Shown here in pieces: positions 37,090 through 52,759 of a stretch of DNA of 64,000 bases. The position numbers and the translations under genes were made by a program. The notes beneath the pieces were generated by a model that saw nothing but the letters and a program-made list of their open reading frames with translations, searched no databases and had not been told where the DNA came from. Positions within the stretch are counted from its first letter, which is position 1. The number at the start of each line of letters is the position of its first letter. Source of the DNA: Takakia lepidozioides (Eukaryota > Plantae > Bryophyta); NCBI GenBank assembly GCA_030704615.1, contig CM060732.1, positions 45,694,001 to 45,758,000 of the forward strand. The letters are read 5' to 3'.

Positions 37090-37686
37090 TGTTAAGGACA
37101 AGAACATGACTGAAGACAAACAAGATATCAGTCAGACTAGAGGTACAAGACTAGACAAGAAGTCAAGGTCGGCGTGGCCGAATGCATGATGGGTAAATAT
37201 GAATCAAGATGATCTTTATAACAATGGACAAGAGTACAAGATACTGGAACTTGACTCGAATACTGGAATGCTGGAAACTGGACTGGGGTATCAGATACTG
37301 GAAACTGGACTAGAGTACTGGAAGCTGGACTGGAGTACTAGGACTGGAGACAAGAATAGCTTAAACTTGTGTTGGCGAGACTAAAGAGTGTACAGTCTCG
37401 CCTCTTATATATACTGGCTACTAGGAAATTCCCTAAGAAGCTTCCCCAATGGAGGTTTCTTGATGGAGAAGTTTTCTTAAACAAATGAGGTATCTTGATG
37501 GAGAAGTTTCCTCCAAAGGAAGCTTCATGAGCAGCTTCCCCAGTTACTCGATAACTTGGTAACTAATGATAACTTATGATAAATCATGGTAAATCATGGT
37601 AAATCATGGTAACTTTTGGTAATATGATTACTTGATTACTAATGGTATTTACTTCTGGTAAGTTCTTCTGGGCCATGTCCGTGACA
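37090..37686. repeat. Solo or orphan LTR
   Basis: Termini TGTTAAGGACA...TGTCCGTGACA are 9/11 inverted matches; internal TATA-like CTTATATATA and short tandem repeats; no clear TSD. Confidence 0.6.
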
Positions 37687-37689
37687 ACA

Positions 37690-38700
37690 AGGCAGATATA
37701 AGAAATTACATACCAATAACCCTTCTAAATGTGACATACAAGATTGTTGCCAAGACATTGGCCTTGAGAATTCAACCGGCGCAGTTGAACCGTAACAACC
37801 GGCACTCATCCCTTCTACAATTAGAAATGGTCAGGCCGGTTTTTGCCAAAGGCAGATCCATCCTTGACAATGTCTTTTTGGCTCAAGAGGCTATATCATT
37901 TGCAGAAAAGTCAAATCAAGCACCAGCATTATGGATGTTGGATTTGAGAAGGCCTTTGAGAGGGTGGATTGGAAGTTTCTTCTGGCAGTACTAAACAAGA
38001 TAAGGTTGCCACAAGGGTTCTGTTCTTGGGTAAAGATTTTGCTCTGCAACTCCTCCAACGCCAGAGTCTCTATCTTTGGCCACCTCTGTAGACCCTTTCC
38101 ATTGCAAAAGCTCGATGAGACAGGGTTGCCCTCTAGCCCCCTCTTGTTCCTCCTTGTTGCTGACACCCTTGGATGGTGTATGGCCTCAGACTTAGAAACC
38201 CAAGATCCCAGCTATGGATTCAAATTAAGGATTCTATGTTCGTGGATGACACGTTACTTCTGCTGGAGGCTTCCCCTGAACAACACTTGTGGCAACAGAT
38301 GAGACTCTGCACCATTTCTGTCTCGCTTCTGGGTTTAAAATAAACTGGACTAAGATTAAAGCCTTGTTAATTGGGGACCCTTCTAAGTCCTCCATTGGAG
38401 TAAATCCAACATGGGGAAGCAATCTGGGCCTAGTTTGCCTAAAAAATGGGGAGCCCACGACTCTGCTAGGTCATACTATCATGATTAACCTTACAAAGGA
38501 GCAGAGAATGGGCCCTACCATTACTAAGCTCAAAAGGAAGCTGACCTATTGGGGCTCTACATACCCTTTCTTTCACCAGCAGTGCTTTGAAATTTGGCCA
38601 CGAACCAAATCCTTTTGACAGGGGTGTGGTTTTTTGCATCCATATGGAGCCCAAGCTCCAAACTCATCAGGAGATCAAACAATGCATAAGGAACTTTACC
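37690..38700 (+). mobile_element. Degraded L1-type LINE RT fragment
   Basis: PITLLNVTYKIVAK, GRSILDN, FEKAFERVDW, SPLLF, FVDDT, SGFKINWTK; frameshifted. Confidence 0.85.
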
Positions 38701-39268
38701 TGGGAGGAATGCTAATTCGTGAGCCTGCTCATGAGCTCACGTGAGCCTATAAGCTTGGCCAGGCTCACATGAGCTTGGGAAAGGGGCCCGATAACCGCAG
38801 ATATTTCACCTATTTCCATGCATTTCCGTGTATTCGTCTCTTGCCATTACTTATCCCATGATTGAATGACCGCATCGGTCACAGCAACTTGTCAAGCGAA
38901 AAAGAATGTAATCACAAAAACCAATTTCGCTGACGAAAGCCAAGTTTGTGCTCACAAGTTCAATTTTGGACAAGAGCTTGAAAGGGAGAAACCAAATTTA
39001 AAATAAAATAAAAATAAAACCAATTTTGCTAATGAAACCCAAATTTGTACTCATGTGAGTTCAACTTTGGACACTCTCAGCTACGATGAGTTTACACTGT
39101 CGAACAACGAGATACTGCACATGGTGTCCTATTTATTTTGGATGTCTTATTACTTTGCCTTCATTGCCTCTTATGTAGGTGTTGACGCCCACATAATTCA
39201 TGGACCTCTCGCAAGTCCTCCAATGACATAATAAAGCATTTTTTTTAAATAATAATAATAATAATAAT

Positions 39269-39455
39269 GTGAGGACTTATGTAGGTGTTGACGCCCACAG
39301 AATTCGTGGACCTCCCGCAAGTCCTCCAATGACACAATAAAAAATAAAAATAAAATCAATTATTTCGAAAATAAAAACAAAAACAAATCATAACATAACA
39401 TAGCTTTGTGAGGTCTATGAATTATGTGGTCGTCAACGCCCACATAAGTCCTCAC
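39269..39455. repeat. Short fold-back element (MITE-like) with an extra direct copy of one arm at about 39170-39235
   Basis: GTGAGGACTTATGTAGGTGTTGACG... pairs with ...CGTCAACGCCCACATAAGTCCTCAC; arms about 50 bp with an A-rich spacer. Confidence 0.65.
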
Positions 39456-41714
39456 GCCTGATTACAGGCACATAATGAATGCACCAATACGATTCCAATT
39501 TTCCAAATGGCGCTATTGGTATTCTCGCGGGAATAGATCTACCTTTGTCCTCGGGTATAGGCCCCCTTTCTAATACCGCACCATTATGCGCTCACGACCA
39601 CTTAGCGTGATGTCGTAGCTTAGTGGGTTAAATCGTGAGCCTGGGCTCATAGGCTCACGTGAGCAGGTTATGGCGTAGCTTCCCTCGCCATAGTTCATCC
39701 ACGTTGATCTACTGCTACTAATCCATCCACACATCGGTCTTCGATAAATTTTTGCAGAAGGAGCAACAGCTTTGGATTCACATCGCATCCTCTTATACCC
39801 ACTGTACATGACGCCTCAAACATTTTATCTGTGCTAATTTGTTTGCAACTCTGTTTGCCTGTGTGCTTTTCTAGGAGGACCATGTGAACACTTTGGAAGC
39901 TTTGTCCCCTCTGTCACAACTGGTTGGTACGGTGCATTTGTCACAGCTGGATGGCTCTGTCCTAGGTCATTTTACTGTCCGTGCGACTTTTTTCCACCTC
40001 TATCATGTGCTCATTTCTTGTGTTCGGTCCATGTTGTTCCACCTCTCTCCTCGAGTCTATACCCGTGCCATACTGTTCCATCTCTCTCGTCGATTTTGTA
40101 CCCGTGGCTATAACACTTCCGAAATGCCTTTTTGTTTCGTTAGCCCCACCACCTGACCAAAGCAACCCCAGTATTTGACAAGTGTTGACTAATTGCACCC
40201 CCCAAAAACTCTAATCCTAACCCACCGCTAGCTGTTCCAATGGTGCGCCTATTTTTTACCTTCCCTAAATGAAACATGGTCCTCCCCCTCTTTCTATGCA
40301 TCCCTCCAGGCCGGACCCACCTATCCACTCATCAAACCCCTTTTTCCATCTCGTCTACATGTCCTTCCCCTTCTTTCCCACCCGCCCTTTGGTCATGCCA
40401 TCTTCTTATTGGCTGAATTTTTTTAAATGAAACTTGGGCTACATTACTCTTATATATACATACATATATATATTTCACGTACCCCCTTACCGTTACTACT
40501 CCACCTCCCTTCTCAGGCCTTAGACTATGTCTTCCCCTTTCAAGCTTTTTTCCTATCCGCTCGTCACACCTGGGTCTCCGGGTGGTCTCCCCCCTATAAG
40601 CCTCCACGGCCTCATGGATGGTTATTTTTTCCATCCTCTCTGCAACATAACTACATGGCCTTCGTCCCCTTTAATATATATATATATATCCATGCAAGAG
40701 ATACTCAGCACCCCAACAAATCAATTGCTTTGGTTAGCAAGCTTCAATCATTCCAAAAAGTATTATTTGCATGCTCAAGGTAGACAGTAGACAACTGACT
40801 ATTTTATTATTATTATTAATAGCAAATGTATCACATTTATTTTATTTTTGGTGAACAGGGAACATTGGCCCTGGATGAAATTTTATTGATAAATCATTGA
40901 AGGGAAAAAAAATTAAAACCCTTGAAGGCTGCCATAAGGCCTATGCGCACGACAAGGCGGGACGGATATCCCAAAGAACTATCACATTTATTAACCATTG
41001 TATTTTTGTTGGTTTCATGTTACATACATGAAAATGTTATTTTTGAAACCCTAAACCTGTTTTTTAAAAACAAAACCTGTTTATTTGTTTTAGTAATTAG
41101 ATCCCTAGGATTTTTATTACTAACATTGACTGCCAACTGTCACACGCCAGTCTTCGGTCAGACTCTTCTTTTTATCCCTTGCAGAATGGGCATGATGAGG
41201 GATAAATGATCACATGAAGACCATGGGCATAAGCACATGTGCAGGGAGGGAGGGATTAATGCAAAAAGGTAAGAAGTTAGAGAGACTGAGGGTCATTAAG
41301 AAAGATGGGTAAATCCGTTGGCCGATAGCTTTTGACTTTTGGGCATTAAGCAAAACGAGATGATCTGCAGGGTAGTTACTAGTAGTAATTATACTGGTAG
41401 CTCTGGTTTCTTCCTGGGCCGATGCCTCTGCGGAGAGCAGGGGTGCTCCAATTTTGATGGATGCGGGGGAGATGGCGAGGTAGGGTTTCCTTGGATTGCT
41501 TCTGAGCGTGCTGGAGCGCAGGGACTTGGGTTGCAGATCTGTGGAGCGTGTTGACATTTTTCTTGGTATTTTGCGGGTGAAGCATTGACAGTTTGAGCAG
41601 TACGGAGATTCAGAAACGGCCGCAAATGAGTGAAGAAAGGAGGAATACTGTACAGAGTGAGGTTGTGATCGAAGAAGGGACGAAAATTGCTGGTAGGAGT
41701 GGGAGTTTGCAGCC

Positions 41715-44033
41715 ATGGCTGGAAAAGAAAATCGGAGGCTTAAAGAGCTTTTCAAGGACTTCGGGGTGCAGCCTGCAACGCTGGCGGTTATAGCACAGAT
41801 GGGTTTTACTGTGAATACTTTGATCAACATGAAGGATGATGAAGTGGATTTTGTGATTAAGTCCATGATCGATGAGTACCATCTGGAGCTCCTGGTGGGG
41901 GAACAATTCGGAATTAAGTCGGCGGTGAGGGCGAAACGAAGGTTGATGGATGAGGAGATGGAGCAGCAGCTCATGGACATGGGTGCAAGGATTAGTGAAC
42001 GGAAGCGTAAGGCTGATGTTCCCCCGGAACCTCTTGCGATGAGAGAAGGTAAGCAAGATTCAAGTCTGGGGCTAACAGATGGTTTTCCCCTTGTTTTCTG
42101 GGATTTGTAAGGGGTAAAGTAAAGAATCTGTAGAATTAAGAATTTAGTGGTAAAGGAAAGAATCTGCATGATAGAATTTAGTGTGGCTCCACTGAGATGG
42201 TCAGATGCTTGGCTCGCAGCATATACGTGCAGAGGTTGCATCTCCCTGCAAAACAATTGAATTGGGGAAGACAACTGCACACATTCAATGAACACACTCG
42301 GCAGAAAACGACTACCAAGCCATTGTGTTTTTAAGCATGCATGCTCCAAGTCTCAGTTCCCCTTGTAGGAAGCGCAGTGATGCTTGTGATTATACTGAAT
42401 GGGTGGAGGGGAACTCGGAGGCAGACTGAAAGAGGAAGGTGGATGCCAGAGAGTCCTTGTAGAGTCTCTGGTATAATTCTGAAATTGAGGTTTCTGCAGT
42501 AGTCAGCTCTGGCTCATATCTCCTTGGCAAATAGTTTGAACCGTGTTGTCTTTGATCTTTGCCATGTTGGAAATGTGTCTGCCCAGGGTTCAGTTAGCAA
42601 GTCCCATCTGATAATGAAGATGTATGGCATTGAGCAATAACTTCTATTGGTAATATTCTAAGCTACATTTGCTTATATCCAGGCCATCACACCCCTCTCG
42701 ATGCCCTTGGACTCCTGGGGTTAGCTGACCCAGATAGTGACCCCGAAGATAAACGGGTTGCGAAGAAGAAGCAGAAGAAACGACGGCCAAAAGAAGTTGG
42801 AGAGGATGGAGAGGAAAGGCCCCGAGAGCATCCTTTCGTAGTGACAGAACCTGGGGAACTGGCGAAGGGAAAGAAGAATGGCTTGGACTATCTGTTTGAT
42901 CTGTACGAGCAGTGCGGCAAGTTTCTCGAGGAGGTTCAGCAAATGGCTAAAGAGAAAGGAGAGAAGTGTCCCACCAAGGTTAGAGATATGTTCATTGACT
43001 ATTACCTGTGAATCTCAGTTACCCAGAAAGCAGATCCCTCATGGAAGCTGCTTATTGGGTTGAATTCCTCTAGGGAGTCTTCACTTAAGGACTGACATGC
43101 ACATGCCACTGGTTTTCATATATTAGCAGTGATACTTCAGCCATCTACCTTGATACTGCTATGCGCTGAAAAAGTGAGAGAGCTGCATGATATTTCATAG
43201 TCTTTGGGCTCAAGAAGAGGAGAGGCCTACAGACAGAAGAAGGGAGGAGAGTCATGTTGTAAACACATATCACACACAGCTATTTTTTGGGGCATCAATG
43301 CAGTGGAATGCATGGTGCCAATAAGTTGATGAAGAACTTTCTGGGCCTACCTAGTATAAGAGTTTTAGTTTCTAAGGAGAGTACAAGTTCTACCATGAGT
43401 TTAGAGATTGTGGAAAACTGTGCCAAAATCTCTAAGGACTCATGAACAGCACTAAGATTTGTTGAACGCTGTCCACAGCATAGTGAGTTTCTAAGGCATC
43501 TCTTAGCACACTCTTCTTCATGACCTTACTGCTGATCCAAGATTCTGACACACCTTTTGTTATGGGAGACCTTGTAATAGGCATGATCCACAGATGAATT
43601 CTGATCAGTGTTTATGGGGTTGATTTTCCTTTTGGTATGGAACAATTGACAATCAGCCAAATCATGTCTTGACAATAATCTAACCACTTCAATTCATCCT
43701 CAAATGCAGGTCACCAACGAAGTATTTCGGCATGCAAAGCTTACGGGGGCAGGTTACATTAACAAGCCAAAAATGAGAGACTATGTGCATTGCTATGCTC
43801 TGCACTGTTTGGACATGGAACAATCAAATATGCTCAGAAAAGCTTTTAAAGAGCGTGGAGAGAATGTGGGAGCCTGGTGTCAGGCTTGCTACTACCCCCT
43901 AGTTGCCCTTGCCAGGAACAATGATTGGGACATTGATGATCTCTTCAACAAGAATGAGAAGCTTCAGATCTGGTATGTGCCCACGAGACTCCGGCAGCTA
44001 TGTCATATAGAGAGAATCAAGCATGGCGAATGA
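41715..44033 (+). CDS. LFY: LEAFY/FLORICAULA transcription factor, about 317 aa; exons 41715-42048, 42683-42978, 43710-44033
   Basis: SAM domain (MGFTVNTL...[15 protein letters not shown]); [15 protein letters not shown]...KNGLDYLF...CPTK/VTNEVFR...[19 protein letters not shown]...[13 protein letters not shown]. Canonical two-intron structure in frame. Confidence 0.98.
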
Positions 44034-44399
44034 GCGGCTGTGGTCTACCAAAATTGGTGGACTTGAGCCTTTGTAACCATGAAATAGCTACTGGGTTGGG
44101 GTTTCAAATGAAAGGTTGCTGGATTGCCTTTCCCAGTCCTTTTTAGCTGGGCAGAGGTAGTTTGGCAGATATGTATATCGATTAGCTTGTAATTTCAAGT
44201 GTGTGATACCCTTAAAATACTCTTTGACAAATTAAAGATCCTCCTCTCAAGCTTGCAAAGATTTCAGGCTTGCCTATTGTAACTATTTTCCTATTAGTAC
44301 ATTTTCTGCAGTGGCAGCTACACTGAGCAGGTTCCTCTACATTGGTCTCTTTGGTCTTGTCATGGTTTCTGCTTGCCATTGAGTAACCGTTTGGGAAGG

Positions 44400-44990
44400 C
44401 CACACAGACTGATCTGTTTCACGGTAGCTTGGACCTCTTCAACTGAGTTTGTGTATTTCAGCCTTCCTGTGCGTGTTCCATGAGGGATTTCGTTGTGTCT
44501 GCTTTCAGCAATAGACCCCCCACCCAGTTTGAGTGGACCAAGAGGGAACACCTTTGTGAGGCGCTCACTCAATGCTTACCTTGATATAAACGATGGTTTG
44601 GGCTTTCCAGATTTCCTCTAGAAAGCCCATCACACAAGCATCAATCTGCTTTGTGTTAGCTGCCCAGCAATTAGACCCAAACAGGGCCAGGGCTTTAGGC
44701 TCAAGATTTTGAAAGATGGTGAAAAGAGGTGCAAGGACTTTGTTCTTGATGGCCCTGAAGGGGGTGGCTATCTGATGAGAAATTGTATCAGAAAATGAAT
44801 ATTGTGTTCAGGTCACCCGCTCATCGGACATTGACAATCCCCCTTACCTCTGTGACAAGTAGGAGAGAGGAAAAGAGAATGTACTCATAAGAAAACTGCC
44901 ATACCCTTGTGGCCATAGACCCCGCACCCAATTTGGGCAGATAGAGGGTATACTCGTGCCGTTCCCTGCGAATGGTGGCTTGCCATATAG
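44400..44990 (-). repeat. Second copy of the 28050-28700 repeat (probable LINE 3' remnant)
   Basis: Reverse complement aligns with 28060-28690, e.g. GAGCCTAAAGCCCTGGCCCTGTT. Confidence 0.75.
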
Positions 44991-46403
44991 CCTTGCCATT
45001 GACCCTGCAAGAAACTAACCCTCGTGGAGCCTTTTGTGTGTGTGTGCGCGAGAGAGAGACGGGACTATCCACGGACCGACTGTGTTGATGAACATTGTGA
45101 CATCCTAATAAGAACCACGAGACATTCATAGAATGTATTTTGTGTACTGATATGCACAACTCAGACATTGCAACACAGCTGAGTTATAGTTGGTTAGTGC
45201 TCCGTGTGGAACCCTTCCAACTAGCACCAAAGTCATGCATGTGTTAACAGTTTTGATGGGATTTCTCTATGTAGATTAATGGACCACTGCTATGAAAAAT
45301 AAAAGGTGAGCAAAGAAAGTCGGTGGTGGAGGGCTTACTATCATCAAGTAAAAAGGATGCCCATTGAATTTACTGGCAACATGGCGAACAGCTTCCTTCC
45401 CTCCCCCCTTTTGTGAAGGCACACACCTTCCCATTTAGTCTCCAAAAGTTTCACTTACATTCTCGTACATACCTGAGAGGCATTGTGCCAATTGCTCACC
45501 ACTAAGTCCACTGATCATGCCATGCCCTCGTACATTCACAACAATTTATGACACGGCACTTCGCCTTGCATGTGGAGAATGCCAGGTCACTTTTGCTGAT
45601 TTAAGTACCAAATAGAGGGCTGGTAATCCAGAATGTCACAGACCACACATCAATGTATAACCATCATGGAACAGTTTATTTTGGTCCACATCAGATCTCA
45701 TCTTATCTACCATGTTCACCGCGTCAGTACTCCTGCCAGTTGAAACCAGTTTGCCCCCAGAACTTTCCCTGGAGTACCTATTAGTAGATCATTTCCTGAA
45801 GAATCCCATTTGAATAGCGTTAGGTGTAGTTTTCATGCAAAGCCTGCACTGCTGATTCATTGAATGCATATGAGAAGTAGGCCTCTGAAATCAACCTGTG
45901 AGTCTAAAAGGCCACCTCAAAATGGCCTGCACTGTATATTGAAGAGTGCCAATATTTCAGCAATTTTTGAAATCGTTCATCCTGGAAACTGAACACATTA
46001 GCAGATACCCCATCCACAAGCTCAAAATTTTGAGAGTCAGCACCAAATTCTTCCGTCGCAATTTGACCTCGTCATATGATCTCAACGTCCGTTGCGGATC
46101 TCTCATTTCTACTCTATGAACTCCGATAGTTGGCCTCAGTGAAAAGAGACCGATCAGCTGACCTCTCATGATCATTGTAGGCTCATGTGAGCTGCCATCC
46201 GCCTATCTAAGTTTTGTTCTGCCAAATCCAAGGTAAACATCTTTGTCCAATCTGGAGGAGGTTCATACACTGAGGAAAATTTACAGACTCTCCAGCATGA
46301 CATAATGGAAAATTGTATACATCTAACCAACTGTAGTGACTGACTTGTTTGCTCATGAACCGACTGATTGGGTGCCTAACTAACTACTTACATGGACCGC
46401 AAC

Positions 46404-49165
<2,762 letters not shown>

Positions 49166-51325
49166 CTGCAATAAGGTGAACCGAAGAGAGGATCATTACT
49201 TGACAAAGGTATAACTTGAAGCACAGAGAGACACATAAAATCAAGGATAGGATAGACTATTCATCATCAGTCACCAAGAATGGAATATGCTCACCAGCTT
49301 GATAAGATCAAAATACCCTAGAATTACGCGGACAATCATTTCCTGAGAGATGCTCTCAGGCCACAGTAGAATTTCTCAAAGTTATGAAAAAGAAAAACCA
49401 ACATCCCTGCGGGTGGGGGCTATACAGAGGTGTACAAACGGTTGCTTGTAGCGCATCACCCTGCATTAGAATCTCAAGCCATCTTCACTACACAGTGATT
49501 GCTGACTGCTGCCACATATGTACAACAGGGGCAACTTTACAGAATCGCGTCGAATGCCAAAATAGGTCATGAGCTATATGTGAGCTCAAAACTTTGCTCT
49601 ATCCTTTAAGGGTAAAGTTTAAAGTGAGCTTGGTTCAACTTGAAGGAGAGTAATTTCAAGACTGCTTTGTTTGAGCGGTAGGGTTTCAAAACCAGTGATC
49701 GACCTCCCCAACTTCCATTGAAGTTTGGCAGGGGAAAGTGGAAAATGATGTGGAGTTGTGCCAAAGCTAGCACGAATTATGGTGTCCCTCCACCGAGTAG
49801 GACTACTGATTCCATTGAAAATGGCCATGGTTGCCATTCAACTAGACTAGAGAGTCCCCATGCACCCGCACATCAGACTCCGTTGACATAACTGACACCC
49901 CTTACCCAGCTTGATATAATGGATGGCATCCAACATATGCGGCTTCAAACCCACAACCACATGTAAGGTGGCCTTGTGCCCTACCGGCCATCTGTTAGAT
50001 GCACTAAAAGAAAGGTAGAATCCTGCCCAAGAAAGGTGGATTATTGCATCTTTCCACCCCAATAGGCTACTGCCTCCTATTTGGAAAGTGTACCCCTTCT
50101 AATGGTCATGACCAGTGCCACGTATATGTGGCTTTGAACCCAAGACCACTTGTAAGGTGGCTTTCTACTTGCATTCACTATAATCAACAAATATCTCAAC
50201 TAAATAAGAGTTATCATATGGACATTGGCTCTGCGAGATAATGCCCCTCCCCTTAGGTCACAACCAATGATTTCAACCTACCAGCCCCCCTTACAGCCAG
50301 CAGCATCTCACTTACAAGGTAATTTGGTTCTTCTATTGCCTTCAGGTTCTAGTGATCCAAGTCTCGAGTATCGTAGGGCTCGGCAAAAGCCCTGCTGGCA
50401 CCCCACTGAATGGACACCAAAAGGTCTCTCATTAGAGGACAACTGCCACAGAGAGTCGATCAAGTGCCGCTCCTTCTAAGAGGGCAGCTAAAATCTTCCT
50501 GGTTTAGTCCCTGAATCCTCCATCTGACTACCTAGGACATTCTTTAATTGGGAATGGGAGTGCAGTAATCCAGGGGACTGCCCACAATCAAGACACAAGG
50601 TAAACCCGTCTCGGCATAATGAAAAGACTTGAGACCAGTGTTTTACCATTACAGTCAAAATTTCCCAATGTAAACCTTCCATTAACACGTCCCTTCTCTT
50701 CTGCATGCCTCAGACTTCTTCGGGTGCCAATGATCTTGCCAACTCCGCGTCCCCCTGGCAACAGCAGCTGTTGCCACAGGAGCAGACATGAACTCAGCAC
50801 AAACTAAATAGTTGTTGAGGTTTGAGAAACCATGCGCTTTCTGTCAGGAAAGGAGTAATCTTTCATGAGCTGATTCTGGAAAGTCACCTCAAGGAGGTAG
50901 AGGGAGTTGGGGAGAAGAGGGCAGATGTTACTTAACAGAATCAGGCATAATGCTCAGGTACGTAGCTAAACACCATACTTTCCAAAATAAGCTTATATGC
51001 AGTGTGCAAAATATCCAGAATCCCTCGTGAACAAAAACCTTGATGGATCACGTTATAAATTTGAAGGACAGACATTTAAGACTGCTTCTTTCAGTGGCAG
51101 GGTTTAAGTGCCTGTAACCAAAGTTCAGCGTTAATACGCCGAGCTAGAAAAGCTACATAGTAACAATATCTGCCTCGACCTGAGCCCAGAGAAAGAGAGT
51201 GTAGTGTACAAAACGTTCACCAGTAAGAATGAGCTTACCACTTCAAAGTGCACTATTGAGCCCTCAAAATTTCAGTATCGATTATGACAAATGCTTGTGT
51301 GTCCTTCCCTCTTCATGTCTGTGTG

Positions 51326-52024
51326 TTACGCTTCTTTACATTTCCCTCTCAGCTCTGTAAATTTTGCAGGGGCTTTAGTACCTCTGGCTGGTGTCTCGGC
51401 GCCATGGCTGGGACTGACGGAAGCTCGGTGATTCCCAATAATGTCATCCATTAAGGAAAAAAGATACCACTTTGAGGCATCAGATCCCGCCGTCGCCATC
51501 TTCTCCCTCTCCTGCCTGTAGCGCTTCTTAAGGTTGTCAACTTTAGTCCTGCATTGATCAATCGTCTTTCTGGCCCTAGGATCCTCAGCGCAGCTGCTAT
51601 TCACTACACTCGCAACATCCTCCCAGTCTTTCCATCTAAAATTCCCGCGTTGCAACTCCCTGGTTTTATCTCCGTATGCGCCGAGTAAAGTAGTCACAGC
51701 TCCATCGGTCCACTCCGCCCCCGCATCCCGCGGCCACCGCCCTCGCTCGCCCTTCCTCTTCCGCGGGGGTTCCTCCAGAGCTCCTCCCATGTCTCCCTCC
51801 CCCCTCTCCCTCCCCTCCCTCTCCCCCATCATATGCTCATCCTTCTCCCTGTCCCCCTCCCTGTCCCCTTCATTCTCGCTCACCATCTCCCCATCCCCGC
51901 CCTCCAGCAGCACAATGTCCCGATCCCCGCCCTCCTCCCCCATCTCTGTCAGCACCATCACGTCCCTGTCCCTCTCGCTCCTGCCCCTCTCTGCACCCGC
52001 ACACCATGCACGCCCCCCCTCCAT
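51326..52024 (-). CDS. Trihelix (Myb/SANT-like, SIP1/ASIL-type) DNA-binding protein; 3' end may be spliced further
   Basis: EWTDGAVTTLLGAY...WKDWEDVA...KTIDQCRTKVDNLKKRYRQE...WYLFSLMD; acidic N-terminal region; ATG at 52024. Confidence 0.85.
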   Translation of the reverse strand: MEGGRAWCAGAERGRSERDRDVMVLTEMGEEGGDRDIVLLEGGDGEMVSENEGDREGDREKDEHMMGEREGRERGEGDMGGALEEPPRKRKGERGRWPRDAGAEWTDGAVTTLLGAYGDKTRELQRGNFRWKDWEDVASVVNSSCAEDPRARKTIDQCRTKVDNLKKRYRQEREKMATAGSDASKWYLFSLMDDIIGNHRASVSPSHGAETPARGTKAPAKFTELRGKCKEA

Positions 52025-52192
52025 TACGTGGATGGATGGACGTCCATCCACGTCGGCCTACGTCCTTCTCGGATTATTCGTACGACGTAATTCCGTCAGC
52101 CCTTCTTTATTGACACCTCTGTCCGATGGATATCTCACTAGCGACCGCTGGAAAATGATACTACCCTCTGGATACCCAAAGTCTACCGACCG

Positions 52193-52759
52193 TCACCGGT
52201 CGACGCATCGACCGCAACCGGTACGATGGTCGTCCCCCGGGCCCTGCGACCGGGAAATCCGGTCGCCAGTCCCAGGGTTTAGTTTTGAGAGAGAGACGAC
52301 GGAAGACGGAAGACGAAAGAGAAGAGAAGAGAAGAGCAGTGAAGCTCGGTGTTGAGCATTTTGAAGACAGGGAAGAGATTTGAGAGAGGGGGGGAGAGAC
52401 GGACCGTGGGCGGATCCTTCGAGTGATGTGCGGGATTTTTTGGAGCTGCTGCCGATGATCTCATCGAGGGTAGCAAACCAGGGCCAAGAAGTGTCCACAG
52501 TGCCTCCGGTGGAGGATTTTTTGTCTCGCTCTTGCTTGTATTTTCTCTTGAGATTGTCCAGCTTGTCTTTGCATTGCTTGACGGTCTTGATTGGCTTGAA
52601 TCCGTTTTCTCTGTTGTTTACGTTCCGAGCAACGTCCTCCCAGTCTCTTCCTATGAGCTTTCCTCGATCCAGCTGCACGTACTTCTCTGCGAACCCGTCC
52701 AGGAGTGAGGACACTGCCCCATCGCTCCATGCCCCGTCAGTGCCATCTTGGAGGGGCAT
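52193..52759 (-). CDS. Second trihelix-domain ORF immediately upstream (separate gene or first exon of a double-domain gene)
   Basis: WSDGAVSSLLDGF...DWEDVA...KTVKQCKDKLDNLKRKYKQE...WPWFATLDEII. Similarity ends near 52400. Confidence 0.8.
   Translation of the reverse strand: MPLQDGTDGAWSDGAVSSLLDGFAEKYVQLDRGKLIGRDWEDVARNVNNRENGFKPIKTVKQCKDKLDNLKRKYKQERDKKSSTGGTVDTSWPWFATLDEIIGSSSKKSRTSLEGSAHGPSLPPSLKSLPCLQNAQHRASLLFSSLLFRLPSSVVSLSKLNPGTGDRISRSQGPGDDHRTGCGRCVDR

Noticed and set aside
44990-46403. TPP riboswitch in the THI1 3' region, as known for some bryophyte THI1 genes
   Set aside because: I could not find the CUGAGA and ACCUGA...AUAA/GUAAUG...GCG..GGGA core on the minus strand by eye. 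An Infernal search with the Rfam TPP model is needed to exclude it.
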